Source of the DNA: an uncultured virus (IMG/VR IMGVR_UViG_3300017917_004917)
Lineage: Duplodnaviria; Heunggongvirae; Uroviricota; Caudoviricetes
IMG/VR virus record: IMGVR_UViG_3300017917_004917
Strand: one strand, 5' to 3'
Length of the DNA: 64,000 nt
In this document: positions 45,944-55,819 of the stretch, piece after piece
Position numbering within the stretch: the stretch's first letter is position 1
Layout: each line of letters opens with the position of its first letter
The notes under the pieces: generated by a model
What the model was told of the DNA's origin: nothing
The model's input: only the letters and a program-made list of their open reading frames with translations
Database searches by the model: none
Translations under genes and position numbers: made by a program

Positions 45944-46683
45944 TATTCTATTTTTGTTTCTATATTAAAGGAGCCTAAGTTTATTATTGTAGAATTAGGT
46001 ATATTAGCATTTTTATCTACCACAGTCTCATCGCTAATAAAATCACTAGAAAAAATATTACTATTTGAACTGAATGTAAATGGTCCATTGTTTATAATCA
46101 AATTTATAGACTCATCACAATCATCAAAATTAATTCTAGCCATTTGCTTGTTATTTCTAGTTATGAAAACAGGAATATAATAACTCTCATCTGTAGTATA
46201 TGTTGTTATAGCTGTGTATATTTTTAAATCTCTACTACCACCATCTATACTAAGAGGAATATAATCAAGTCCCTTGATAGGTGAAATTCCATTATAATTA
46301 TAAATATGATTTTCTATAATTGTTGTTGCAGAAGTCCCAGTCAAGCTATTATTAATGACTGACATTGTTGGAACTTGGTTATTTAAAATACTTGATGTGT
46401 AATAGTCATTAAATACATCAGATAACTTTTGGTCACTATGATATATTTCAGCAAACTCAGAAGTAGTTGTTATACCTGTTAGATATGAGAAAAAATCATT
46501 TATTATAACCTCATTTACATCATCGTTCAAAAAACCTCTAACATTAGAAGAGTTGACAATTCCACCGCCAAGTCCTTGTACGTTATTTACTTGATATGTA
46601 CCAAGAGATGTTAGTGAAGAATTTACACTTGCAGATTGAGCTGAGAAACTTTCATTAATTATTATAGTATGTCTTTGTATCAT
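45943..46683 (-). CDS. Putative structural protein
   Basis: Operon context; YIPVFIT motif shared with the neighbouring ORF. Confidence 0.5.
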   Translation of the reverse strand: MIQRHTIIINESFSAQSASVNSSLTSLGTYQVNNVQGLGGGIVNSSNVRGFLNDDVNEVIINDFFSYLTGITTTSEFAEIYHSDQKLSDVFNDYYTSSILNNQVPTMSVINNSLTGTSATTIIENHIYNYNGISPIKGLDYIPLSIDGGSRDLKIYTAITTYTTDESYYIPVFITRNNKQMARINFDDCDESINLIINNGPFTFSSNSNIFSSDFISDETVVDKNANIPNSTIINLGSFNIETKIE

Positions 46684-47195
46684 TATTTATTTATATCTAT
46701 ATTAAAAAACTTAGCCTTTGACACAATGTTAGATACAACAAATGTAGACTCATCAATATCACTAGCAGTAGTCTCAATAGCTGTTCCCTTATTCCAAGGA
46801 AACTCATTAACACCAATATCATCATACCACCTTCTTAGCTCATTATCACTTAAATTAGACACATCCTGTCTTCTAATTCTTATAAAGTTAATCATAGCAG
46901 AAGTTAATTCAGAACCATGATTAACTTTATTTCTTTTTATTGTATCAAAGAATCCAAATTCAATAAAAAAAGGATTAAATTCTTGTCTTTCTATAGGCTG
47001 AATACCTTCTTGCTTATCTACTTGTACATATTCAAATATATCATAAGTTTTTGTTAAAAAAATAGGCACATAAAAATCAAACTCTGGAAATCCTGACCTG
47101 CTACCATTAGAATGGACAAATTTCCAGAATCCAGGAGAATCCGCCTCAGCATCTACATAAATTTCATATCTTTGTATATTATCTATTTCTCTCAT
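46683..47195 (-). CDS. Putative structural protein
   Basis: Operon context; YVPIFLT motif. Confidence 0.5.
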   Translation of the reverse strand: MREIDNIQRYEIYVDAEADSPGFWKFVHSNGSRSGFPEFDFYVPIFLTKTYDIFEYVQVDKQEGIQPIERQEFNPFFIEFGFFDTIKRNKVNHGSELTSAMINFIRIRRQDVSNLSDNELRRWYDDIGVNEFPWNKGTAIETTASDIDESTFVVSNIVSKAKFFNIDINK

Positions 47196-47230
47196 CAATT
47201 ATAAATAATTAAAATTAATTATATTGTTAT

Positions 47231-49855
47231 CTAAATATCAACAACATACCCGCCCATCCAATTTTTAGCAAAATTTAAGTCAACACCAGATACTCCATTT
47301 TTTACAATTTCTTCAACCAATATTGGACCTATGGTTTGACCAGCTACTATTGATGTTCCGAATGGCCCAGAATTAGCAGTTGTATGCACATAAGAGTTAA
47401 CTATATTTTTAACTTCAAAAGGAACTCCAGGAGTCTTAGACTTAAGAAATAACGTCTCTGATGAACTTGATTGGTCTAATGGTTGACCATTAGAATCTAA
47501 TCCAAATAATGGTCCAGGCAATATAGAAATAGAGGAATTACCATAATCTAATATTTCTCCCAACTTTACAGAACTTGAATTTGTTGCACCACTAGCGATA
47601 ACATAATTATTCCACCTAATATCTTCTGAAGTCTTAAATTCATTATTCTTTTTGAAAATAGTTGTAAATGGTCCAGTTGTTCCTGTTCTAAAATCAAAAG
47701 AACGAAAAGATTCAGCATTATCCTTATATAATATTCTGTTAATTTCATTATTTTGACCTATACTTGGTATTGATAATTTAACTACCTGACTTATAGACTT
47801 ATTAAGCAAGTTGTTGTTTGTACTAGGCAAAACAACTATCGGAAAACTTCTAAATTCAACACTATTAAATTTAGTTAAATTAAACCTAGTATTTGGCAAA
47901 TTATTCGCAGACAATAAAACAGAACCATTTATATAGGCTCTACCTACTGGGTGTAAAAAATTAAATTGATTTGGTGTATCTCCAGATAGTTCAGTTATAA
48001 TGTTTCCATCATATCTAGTGGCAGCAGTGGAATATATAGTATCATTAATTGTTTCATCCCAGTTTCTGCATACATTTTTTAACTCGGTGACTAAATACTT
48101 ATTTTCACCAAGCACTGATGCCTCTTGTAGCTTAGCTGGAGCAAATGCTCCAAAATAACCAGATTTTATAAATCTAAAGTCATAAAATGTAAATAGATTA
48201 TCTACATCATTTGAATATAAGGTTAATTTTTTGCCTATTTGTTGCCTCTCTATAAATGGATTCACCTCTTCTATAATTGGAGTTGCTAGAGGGTCTGGAG
48301 ATAATGGAGATGGGTATCCGAAAGAAGACGAAGTCTCAACTATACTAATCTTAACTGGAAGACCTGTAGTCTTTGATTCAATAGTTATAGCACTAATTCC
48401 GTCACCAACTGCCGACCAATCCTTATCTATTCCCACTGTGGGTAAATAATCTTGAGGTGAATTGTCAAATATAGAATTGCCCACAGAAGAATAACTAAGG
48501 GCGTCAGATTCTAATGGTATATTAACACCATTAATCATAATCTTACCATTATTATGAGGAACTCCTTGAGGGAATATTATTCTAATTTTATGCTTCTCAC
48601 TTCCATTATAGTTAGTGTCAAGATTAAAAGTCTTATCTTCACCAGATGGCCACATCTGTTGACTATTAATTCCGAAATCTGGATTAATTGGCAACACTGT
48701 ATCAACACCTCTATTTGTAACAACAAGCTTATATGTGTCTCCAGGATAAAATTCCTCATTTAAATTTCCAAAATGTAACCCATTTCTTAATATAGAATAT
48801 GATGAATAATTTTCTAACGGAGAACCTGAGCCAATTTGAACAGTTCTACCTGTAAATTGAGCTCTATTTTTATAAATCTCACCTAAATTATATATGGTTT
48901 TTTTCTTAGGAATAAATTCTTCTATCGTTGCATAGTGAGAAGTTGTAAATCCTGAATTACAAAATTGAAAATTATAAAGGTCAAATTTAATTGTTTCAGA
49001 CATTTCATAGACATTATCTTGAATTGCGTCAAAAGTTAGTACCTTATTCTGCTCTCCCTTTGACCAATCAAGAGTTATTGGAAAAACTACTGTTGAGCCA
49101 CTAATTGATAACTTGAATTCAGATGGTATTACAGTGCCTAGAACAGCATCTAGAACAACAGATTCATTACCAAAAGGACTTGGCTTATCTATTGATATTT
49201 CTATATCTATTGATGTGCCTTCTTGAATTGTAGATAATTCCTTTGAAAATTGGATTTTTGTGGGTTTCTCTTCAACTATGTCTAAATCTTTTTTAATCCA
49301 ATGCTTATTATAAAAGAAAGGGAAGTCATTTTTTATATCAGAAAAATCATCAATATTTAATCCTATATCTACAGTATCTGTTCCATATTCTATAAATTGA
49401 CCATCAACACCATAGAAAACTAATTTTTGCTCAAAAACCTGGTCTCCATACTTTAAGTTATCTCCTAAAATCTTAAAATATACAGAATTCGCATCGTAGT
49501 TATTAAGTTCAAGTAAATATTTACCTCTTTTTTTTGAGTAAACGTTTTTTTCATTATAAACAAGTGGAGATGTTTTTATAACACCTATAAGTTGTGTTAG
49601 TTGAGAGTCCTTATACACAAAAATGTTAATACTATCAGTATTTATTATACTTGAGTTTACAGTTCCATAAATTCTAAAATCTCTAGACGCATTTCGTTCT
49701 TTTCTAAATTGCTGTAATAGGTCAAAGTTGTTATCATACTTATCCTTCTTTATTTGATTAAAAGTTCTCCTTAGGCTTATATTTAAAAAAATATCACCCA
49801 ATCCCTTCGTTAGAATATCTTCACTGCCTAATACTATCTTTTTCTTATCATCCAT
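47231..49855 (-). CDS. Large structural protein with a Calx-beta-like domain
   Basis: IQEG.SIDIEISIDKPS.FG.ESV...LDWSKGEQNK..TF....DNVYE..E. Confidence 0.6.
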   Translation of the reverse strand: MDDKKKIVLGSEDILTKGLGDIFLNISLRRTFNQIKKDKYDNNFDLLQQFRKERNASRDFRIYGTVNSSIINTDSINIFVYKDSQLTQLIGVIKTSPLVYNEKNVYSKKRGKYLLELNNYDANSVYFKILGDNLKYGDQVFEQKLVFYGVDGQFIEYGTDTVDIGLNIDDFSDIKNDFPFFYNKHWIKKDLDIVEEKPTKIQFSKELSTIQEGTSIDIEISIDKPSPFGNESVVLDAVLGTVIPSEFKLSISGSTVVFPITLDWSKGEQNKVLTFDAIQDNVYEMSETIKFDLYNFQFCNSGFTTSHYATIEEFIPKKKTIYNLGEIYKNRAQFTGRTVQIGSGSPLENYSSYSILRNGLHFGNLNEEFYPGDTYKLVVTNRGVDTVLPINPDFGINSQQMWPSGEDKTFNLDTNYNGSEKHKIRIIFPQGVPHNNGKIMINGVNIPLESDALSYSSVGNSIFDNSPQDYLPTVGIDKDWSAVGDGISAITIESKTTGLPVKISIVETSSSFGYPSPLSPDPLATPIIEEVNPFIERQQIGKKLTLYSNDVDNLFTFYDFRFIKSGYFGAFAPAKLQEASVLGENKYLVTELKNVCRNWDETINDTIYSTAATRYDGNIITELSGDTPNQFNFLHPVGRAYINGSVLLSANNLPNTRFNLTKFNSVEFRSFPIVVLPSTNNNLLNKSISQVVKLSIPSIGQNNEINRILYKDNAESFRSFDFRTGTTGPFTTIFKKNNEFKTSEDIRWNNYVIASGATNSSSVKLGEILDYGNSSISILPGPLFGLDSNGQPLDQSSSSETLFLKSKTPGVPFEVKNIVNSYVHTTANSGPFGTSIVAGQTIGPILVEEIVKNGVSGVDLNFAKNWMGGYVVDI

Positions 49856-52680
49856 TATAAATCGTAGCTTGAATTGTTATTTTGAATTTCGACTCCAGCA
49901 ATATCCTCACTAGCATTTCCTCCAAATAGAGTATTTATTCCACTACTAATTCTACCATGAGGTCCACCTGTATGATGTGTTTTCATATACCATGTAGGGT
50001 TTGATGTTAAGGCTGGCTTATTAAATTGAACCGTTAAGTAATTCCCATAAACTGTTGGATTTGATACTGTGAATTTTAATTCATAGCTAGCAATTTCATA
50101 CCTATTAGTAATTGTATTATAATCTTTGTTTCCTGGTAAATTTTGGCCTGTAAATCCAATAATTCCAGAACTGTTGGTTGTATATGACTGACCAGGCTCT
50201 AATGTAATAAACTGACCTGCAGCAACTATAGCTCCAGTAGATATTGTTACACTTCCATATAGTGAATTTTTAAATTTAATTTTAATATCACCTGTATTCT
50301 TAAGTGTAAACACCAAAAGTCTCTCATCTGTACCGCCACATTCTAGCCTAACTCCAGTTGGGATTGTAAATTTACTTAATATATTAAGATTATTAGGATT
50401 AGAATTAATAATCCTATAGGCTTCAAGTGTTCCATGCTTTATTCTTGCATTCTCATCCATAACTAATGCAAGGTTTATGTTATTTAAGTTATATACATCA
50501 TTTATATGGGTGTCATAACTATGAACTCCATCGGAATCTTGTGGATTTGTAACTCCTGGACCAGGACTCTCTGGGTTACCATTTAATCCGTTTCCAAATG
50601 ATATGTCTGGTCCAAAATGAGTATCTGCACCCCAAAGCGTCCTATATACTCTAGGCCAACCACTAGGCTTAAGAAAATATCCATATCCAGATTCAAATCT
50701 TTGATATTTTTCTCCATTAACAACTTTAGATACTCCAGCAAACCTTGGGTAGCCTGGATTTGATGGTTGATATCCGTTGGCATATTCCTCGCTCCAAGCT
50801 ACTCCAGATTCATACTTATACATATAGTTCTTTGTAGCAACTTGAGATATTCTATTTCCAATCCACTGACCAAATGATGATTGAGAACCAAACCCTCCAA
50901 CTTCAGGCCCTGGAACCTCATACCCAACAAGGTCTCCATCATTATAGGCTGGCTCATCAATATAATATACGCCAGGTGTTGATGTAGGTGTTCTATCTGG
51001 CTCATATTGATATCTCTGACTAACAGGTTTCCTAGGTATTCTATATTGCTCTGGATAATCTGTTGACCATGGTTTCTCGTATGGAAAACTTCCAAGACCA
51101 AGACCTTCTTCTGGTTGAGGTCTTATATCTGGAACTGATGATGAAAAATTTAAGTCAAAATGACTCTTTGTATACATTGAGGAGCCATTCCATGCATAAA
51201 TTGACCCAGTCTTTCTATCAACTTCTGTATTAGAATATATCTTTAGTTGATATGCTGATAGCCAAACTCCCCTACTGGTTGTAGGATTACCATCAGAATC
51301 TGTTCTAAATCCATTTGGGTCATATATATTTGCTGGTAACTTAACTATGGGGCATCCAAACTTAAAAAACTCAGCCTTATTTTTTATTTGAGCGAACTCA
51401 AGCTGCCAATTATATTGTTGGCCCAAAACCTTATCTAAGTCATTAGGTATTTGTGTAATCTTTATATCAGTCTTAGGAAATCCCTCCTTAGACATATCTC
51501 TAACTTCGACTTTAACAATATTAGATGCATCTTGAGCAACAGCAGTCTCAAGATTAAATGGTCCGTTTGCTATAGGTGGAAATATATATGTTGTCCACTT
51601 TCTAAGGTCCATATTAACTGTTACGTTTAATTCTGTATACCCAGTTTGAAGTGTTCCCCAAGCTGGAACCACGTCAATAGGAAATTGCTTAAATGCAAAA
51701 TTTGGCACCTGGTCAAGTATAGCATCTTCATTAGGTGGAAATGGGAAAAAGTTTAATGATATTTCATCTCTTGTTAAGCCTTGCTTTAGCAGGTCAACTT
51801 CAAACATTACAATTTGAGTCCCAACTGGAGCATCATATATCACAAACTCGCCTTCATCATTAGTAGTTGTTATATATTTATATTGAGGAGGGACTGATGT
51901 AAATTGAGATGCTGACCTTAATAACTTATTCTTATCTAAATCAAACGATTCTATGTTGAAATATTCTGACTGTACACTTGATTCTTTTATATTTAAAAAA
52001 ATCCTATCTCCATTATCAGATATACTTGATGGTGATGGGTACTCGTCTGATGGATTAAAAATTCCAACAGGCACATTTTTAAGAGGTATTCTTATACTAT
52101 TTCCTTGAGCATCTTTTATATTTTGAAGAGCTACAAGTTTACCAAAAACAACGCCTGTAGAAGCTTCTTGTGACGGGAAGCTATTTGTTAGATTATTATA
52201 TACATTTAAAGTATCAAGAGTTCCGAATGTTCTATTTAATTTAACATTTACATAAAAGTCTTCAATTTCATTATATTTTAAAAAAACATATTCTGTATGT
52301 CCAGATATTATTGGCTCTCCACTTGATGTGTTTCCAGTATTTAGTGCATTGGTAATATTAGATTCGAAATTTGTCTTAATTCGATTGTATATAGCTTCAT
52401 TAACAGTATAGTTAACGCTTTGGCTATATGAATATCCTGTAATAAAATTATTTGTAAGACTCTGAATTGGAACATAATTATTTTCAGAATTTAGCGCCCA
52501 AAGATTTTGGCCATCAAAAGTAGTTATATTAAATGGTATATTAAAGTCATTAATCCAAACAATAGATGGTGAATATTGCAACCCTGTATTTTCAAGATAA
52601 TTTAAGTGAGTACTAAAAAAAGTAACTGTAGTTCCAGTATTAAACTCTTTTAGCAATATTTCCTCTTGTTGAATGTTCAT
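49855..52680 (-). CDS. Large tail/baseplate structural protein
   Basis: GVVFGKL...IPLKNVPVGIF...YKYITTTNDEGEFVIYDAPVG.Q....EVDL. Confidence 0.6.
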   Translation of the reverse strand: MNIQQEEILLKEFNTGTTVTFFSTHLNYLENTGLQYSPSIVWINDFNIPFNITTFDGQNLWALNSENNYVPIQSLTNNFITGYSYSQSVNYTVNEAIYNRIKTNFESNITNALNTGNTSSGEPIISGHTEYVFLKYNEIEDFYVNVKLNRTFGTLDTLNVYNNLTNSFPSQEASTGVVFGKLVALQNIKDAQGNSIRIPLKNVPVGIFNPSDEYPSPSSISDNGDRIFLNIKESSVQSEYFNIESFDLDKNKLLRSASQFTSVPPQYKYITTTNDEGEFVIYDAPVGTQIVMFEVDLLKQGLTRDEISLNFFPFPPNEDAILDQVPNFAFKQFPIDVVPAWGTLQTGYTELNVTVNMDLRKWTTYIFPPIANGPFNLETAVAQDASNIVKVEVRDMSKEGFPKTDIKITQIPNDLDKVLGQQYNWQLEFAQIKNKAEFFKFGCPIVKLPANIYDPNGFRTDSDGNPTTSRGVWLSAYQLKIYSNTEVDRKTGSIYAWNGSSMYTKSHFDLNFSSSVPDIRPQPEEGLGLGSFPYEKPWSTDYPEQYRIPRKPVSQRYQYEPDRTPTSTPGVYYIDEPAYNDGDLVGYEVPGPEVGGFGSQSSFGQWIGNRISQVATKNYMYKYESGVAWSEEYANGYQPSNPGYPRFAGVSKVVNGEKYQRFESGYGYFLKPSGWPRVYRTLWGADTHFGPDISFGNGLNGNPESPGPGVTNPQDSDGVHSYDTHINDVYNLNNINLALVMDENARIKHGTLEAYRIINSNPNNLNILSKFTIPTGVRLECGGTDERLLVFTLKNTGDIKIKFKNSLYGSVTISTGAIVAAGQFITLEPGQSYTTNSSGIIGFTGQNLPGNKDYNTITNRYEIASYELKFTVSNPTVYGNYLTVQFNKPALTSNPTWYMKTHHTGGPHGRISSGINTLFGGNASEDIAGVEIQNNNSSYDL

Positions 52681-52744
52681 TAGTCTTTTATAGTAAATAT
52701 AGTTAAAGAAAAAACTTAGATAAATAGTTATTTATAATATTATA

Positions 52745-52775
52745 AAAAAAAGTCAGAACTTAAATTTCTGACTTT
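52745..52775. terminator. Intrinsic terminator hairpin
   Basis: aaagtcagaa/ttctgacttt immediately after the stop of 52776..53414. Confidence 0.7.
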
Positions 52776-53414
52776 CTATTTTGAATTATAATATTCTCTA
52801 AAAACAGGAATTGAAAGTAGATAATCTAATTCCCCACCAGTAATTTCAATAAATGAGGCAATCATTTCTTTGTCTATGTATGGCTCCATCAAATTTCCTT
52901 CATCATCATAACTATCTTCATCATTAGGGTCCATATCTCCTCCAAAAAAATCATCAAGTGATTCAAAGTACGATTCCTTATCTCCTACAAAAGTCCAATT
53001 CAAAATTTCAACATTATCAATTTGATTATTTGGTACAACAACAATATCTGAATATGTAGCTCCATCAACAACTTCTCTAACGATATAAATTTTATTATCT
53101 TCAAGAGCCCTCTTCATAACAGTTGGTGGATGGGTGCTTTTTAATGGGTCTTCGTCAATATTGTTTATTTTAACTTCAGCGATAAACCATTCAGTATAAA
53201 ATTCTGCATTGTCAAAATCGCTTGTAAAAAAGAAACCGCCATATTTCTTACCGCCAGAACTAGCTATTCCACTACCATCTAAAGATTTATCAAATTTTTG
53301 AAATGGGAACTTAGAGCTGGTTCCATGATAAAATTTTCCATTATTAGAGTTTTGTTCAAAAACATATTCAATTTCTTCTCTAATTATTTTACGTATTTTA
53401 TTTTTATTTATCAT
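52776..53414 (-). CDS. ADP-ribosyltransferase-like protein with leader motif
   Basis: FYHGT....FQKFD....G.G.....GGFFFTSD...AEFY; N-terminus KIRKIIREEIE. Confidence 0.6.
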   Translation of the reverse strand: MINKNKIRKIIREEIEYVFEQNSNNGKFYHGTSSKFPFQKFDKSLDGSGIASSGGKKYGGFFFTSDFDNAEFYTEWFIAEVKINNIDEDPLKSTHPPTVMKRALEDNKIYIVREVVDGATYSDIVVVPNNQIDNVEILNWTFVGDKESYFESLDDFFGGDMDPNDEDSYDDEGNLMEPYIDKEMIASFIEITGGELDYLLSIPVFREYYNSK

Positions 53415-53421
53415 GAAAAAA

Positions 53422-55299
53422 TTAATTAGAGCCAGAGCTTGTTCTACATAGAATATCCTTATCTGAAAATTTCACCTCGAACATAGATGTAGGAGTTCCA
53501 AATATAGCATTATCAATATATGAAAATTGAGTCCTGAAAGTTCCTGTTGTTGGGTCTTGAGTTCTGTTAAAGTTAGCTTGAGAATGAATAGTGTCAGAGT
53601 AGGCACCACCCTCCATGTTAAAGAACCTAATATCAACAACGTTGATTACACCAGGTATGTCTCTTAAGAAATCAGTAACTTGAGATACAAATATATTTTG
53701 ATTCATTTGCCATTTTTCTATGTTAAAATATTCTTTTATAGCATTTATTGATTGAGCCTTAACTTCACTTGAGTTAAATGATTTGTCAATAAATAAATCA
53801 ACTTCTATTTGCAGATTTATGACTTTTCCATCATTAATTTCAACATAATCATTCAACATTCTATATGGAACTAAGAATCTCTCTATATTTGACTTAATAG
53901 TGCTAGTAGATACTTCATTAAGTTTTCCAGCGCCATCTCTTGTTAAGATGTACATTTTAACCTTGTTATCTTCTACTTTACCAAATATTCTAAAAGGTGC
54001 CCCAAACTTACCAGGCATTTGGAAAGCTCTAGCTATATAGTCATCTAGAGTTACTGCTCTATTCTGAGAATTATAATTTGCTGCAATATAACTCTTAATT
54101 TCTTCAACAGATGGCAAACCAGTTCCTCCTATAGCTGGTATCGGGTTATTTGCTCTTGTAGATGATACTACACTTTGAACTATAGATTGATTTGAGCCTG
54201 CCATTTGACTTTGTATATTAGACACTTCATTAAGAACATTTGAGCCTACATTGCTAAGAGCTCCGCCTCCAGCTCTATATTTAACGAATATCGTAGAATT
54301 AGGTGGAACCTTAACTCCAAGAGCAGTATTATTAAGTATAACAGAAACATCAAGAACACTAGAATCTGGACACTTAACTGTGTTAGTTAAACTAGAAATA
54401 TACGCATCATACGCATTATAATCTTCAACACCACCTCCAAAGGTAAGAACACATGAGCCATCGGAAAGAAACTCTTTTTCAAATCTTTTCTCAACTTCAA
54501 CATACTTTCCAGACTTAACACCATTTACATCATCAGATGTATCATCACTCATAAATATTTTATCTGTAGCTAGTGAATCAACCTCGTAATAATTTAACTG
54601 AGGGTCATTAAATTCACTATAACTAGGCGTTCTATCTATTCCTAAGCTAGGAAGAACAATGACATTAATTATTTCAAGAACATTCTTATCAGGTAGTTCT
54701 AATTGATAGAATGGCTCTGATTCATTAACAGTAACTTCTGCCTTAAAAATTTTTGTAATTCCAGCCTTTATCTTTTCTCTCTTAATAATTCTATATCTAA
54801 TTAAATCTTGATTTCCATTAAATATTGGTTCAATAATTCTATTAGCAATTCCATCTTCACTAAAATCACTTGAGAAGTCTATATCACTTGTTGTCTCAAA
54901 AACCTGACTTGCTCCCTTAATTTTAAATCCTGCTCTATATATTGGCAGGTAATTAGAGTCTGGACCGTCAGCTGTTACTGGCACCTCTATAATAATATCT
55001 GCAATGCTTATAGCTGGTCTAACACCTTGAGGCTTATATCCAAAAGTTTTAGCTAATCTATATACAGAATTCCTTTCTTGAACTCCGTCAATAAAAAGTT
55101 CATTATATTTTTTATCAGTAGCATATGATAATAGGTCACCAACATATGCATTAAGCTCTAGGAGTGCCATCCCTGGAGAAGTGACATTAAAATCTTGCCA
55201 TTGCTCAGGAAAAAAAGTCTTTAAATAATTAACTAAGTCAGCCCTTATTGAATTAAAGTCTCTACTTAAGTAATTTACTGTTACAGTTTTTTGTGTCAT
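53422..55299 (-). CDS. Baseplate wedge subunit (T4 gp6/baseplate J-like)
   Basis: NYLSRDFNSIRADL..Y...FP....DF...SPG..LLEL.AYVGD.LSY; QNRAVTLDDY. Confidence 0.88.
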   Translation of the reverse strand: MTQKTVTVNYLSRDFNSIRADLVNYLKTFFPEQWQDFNVTSPGMALLELNAYVGDLLSYATDKKYNELFIDGVQERNSVYRLAKTFGYKPQGVRPAISIADIIIEVPVTADGPDSNYLPIYRAGFKIKGASQVFETTSDIDFSSDFSEDGIANRIIEPIFNGNQDLIRYRIIKREKIKAGITKIFKAEVTVNESEPFYQLELPDKNVLEIINVIVLPSLGIDRTPSYSEFNDPQLNYYEVDSLATDKIFMSDDTSDDVNGVKSGKYVEVEKRFEKEFLSDGSCVLTFGGGVEDYNAYDAYISSLTNTVKCPDSSVLDVSVILNNTALGVKVPPNSTIFVKYRAGGGALSNVGSNVLNEVSNIQSQMAGSNQSIVQSVVSSTRANNPIPAIGGTGLPSVEEIKSYIAANYNSQNRAVTLDDYIARAFQMPGKFGAPFRIFGKVEDNKVKMYILTRDGAGKLNEVSTSTIKSNIERFLVPYRMLNDYVEINDGKVINLQIEVDLFIDKSFNSSEVKAQSINAIKEYFNIEKWQMNQNIFVSQVTDFLRDIPGVINVVDIRFFNMEGGAYSDTIHSQANFNRTQDPTTGTFRTQFSYIDNAIFGTPTSMFEVKFSDKDILCRTSSGSN

Positions 55300-55310
55300 T
55301 TTTATTTTTT

Positions 55311-55721
55311 TTAAAAGTGTTGACTATTTTCAGCATCCTCACCTGGCTCAACAGGCACTACAATACTAACACTATCTGAAATATCACCAAGGTCTACTAT
55401 ATTATATTCAACTTTAACTTCAAGTAAATTTTCTTGTTCATTAAATGTAAATAAAATATCAGTAACATCAACTTCCCTTATATATTCAGTTATTTTATCT
55501 ATTAACTCATCCTTAAGTCTAGATGATGATATATCATCCCATGGTTCAAATATATAATCCCAAAGAGGTGAATAAAGACCACTATTCATAACTCTATTTC
55601 TTTTTTTTGTTGTAAGAAGTGATATGAGATTTGTTTGAATTGCTTCAGAAGTTGTTTTATTAGACAAAAATACACCACCATCTTGTGTTTCTTTGAATGG
55701 GAATTTTATACTTATTGGCAT
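55311..55721 (-). CDS. Baseplate wedge subunit (gp25/GPW-like)
   Basis: I.FPF...AIQTNL.SLL.T...RVM....S.L..YIFEP. Confidence 0.8.
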   Translation of the reverse strand: MPISIKFPFKETQDGGVFLSNKTTSEAIQTNLISLLTTKKRNRVMNSGLYSPLWDYIFEPWDDISSSRLKDELIDKITEYIREVDVTDILFTFNEQENLLEVKVEYNIVDLGDISDSVSIVVPVEPGEDAENSQHF

Positions 55722-55819
55722 ACTTATACTTTGTTTTAATATAAATATACTTACAAAAAAAATAAAGACTTAGATATGCATAAAAATATTTACTTAATAT
55801 TTATAATAAAAACAAAGTC

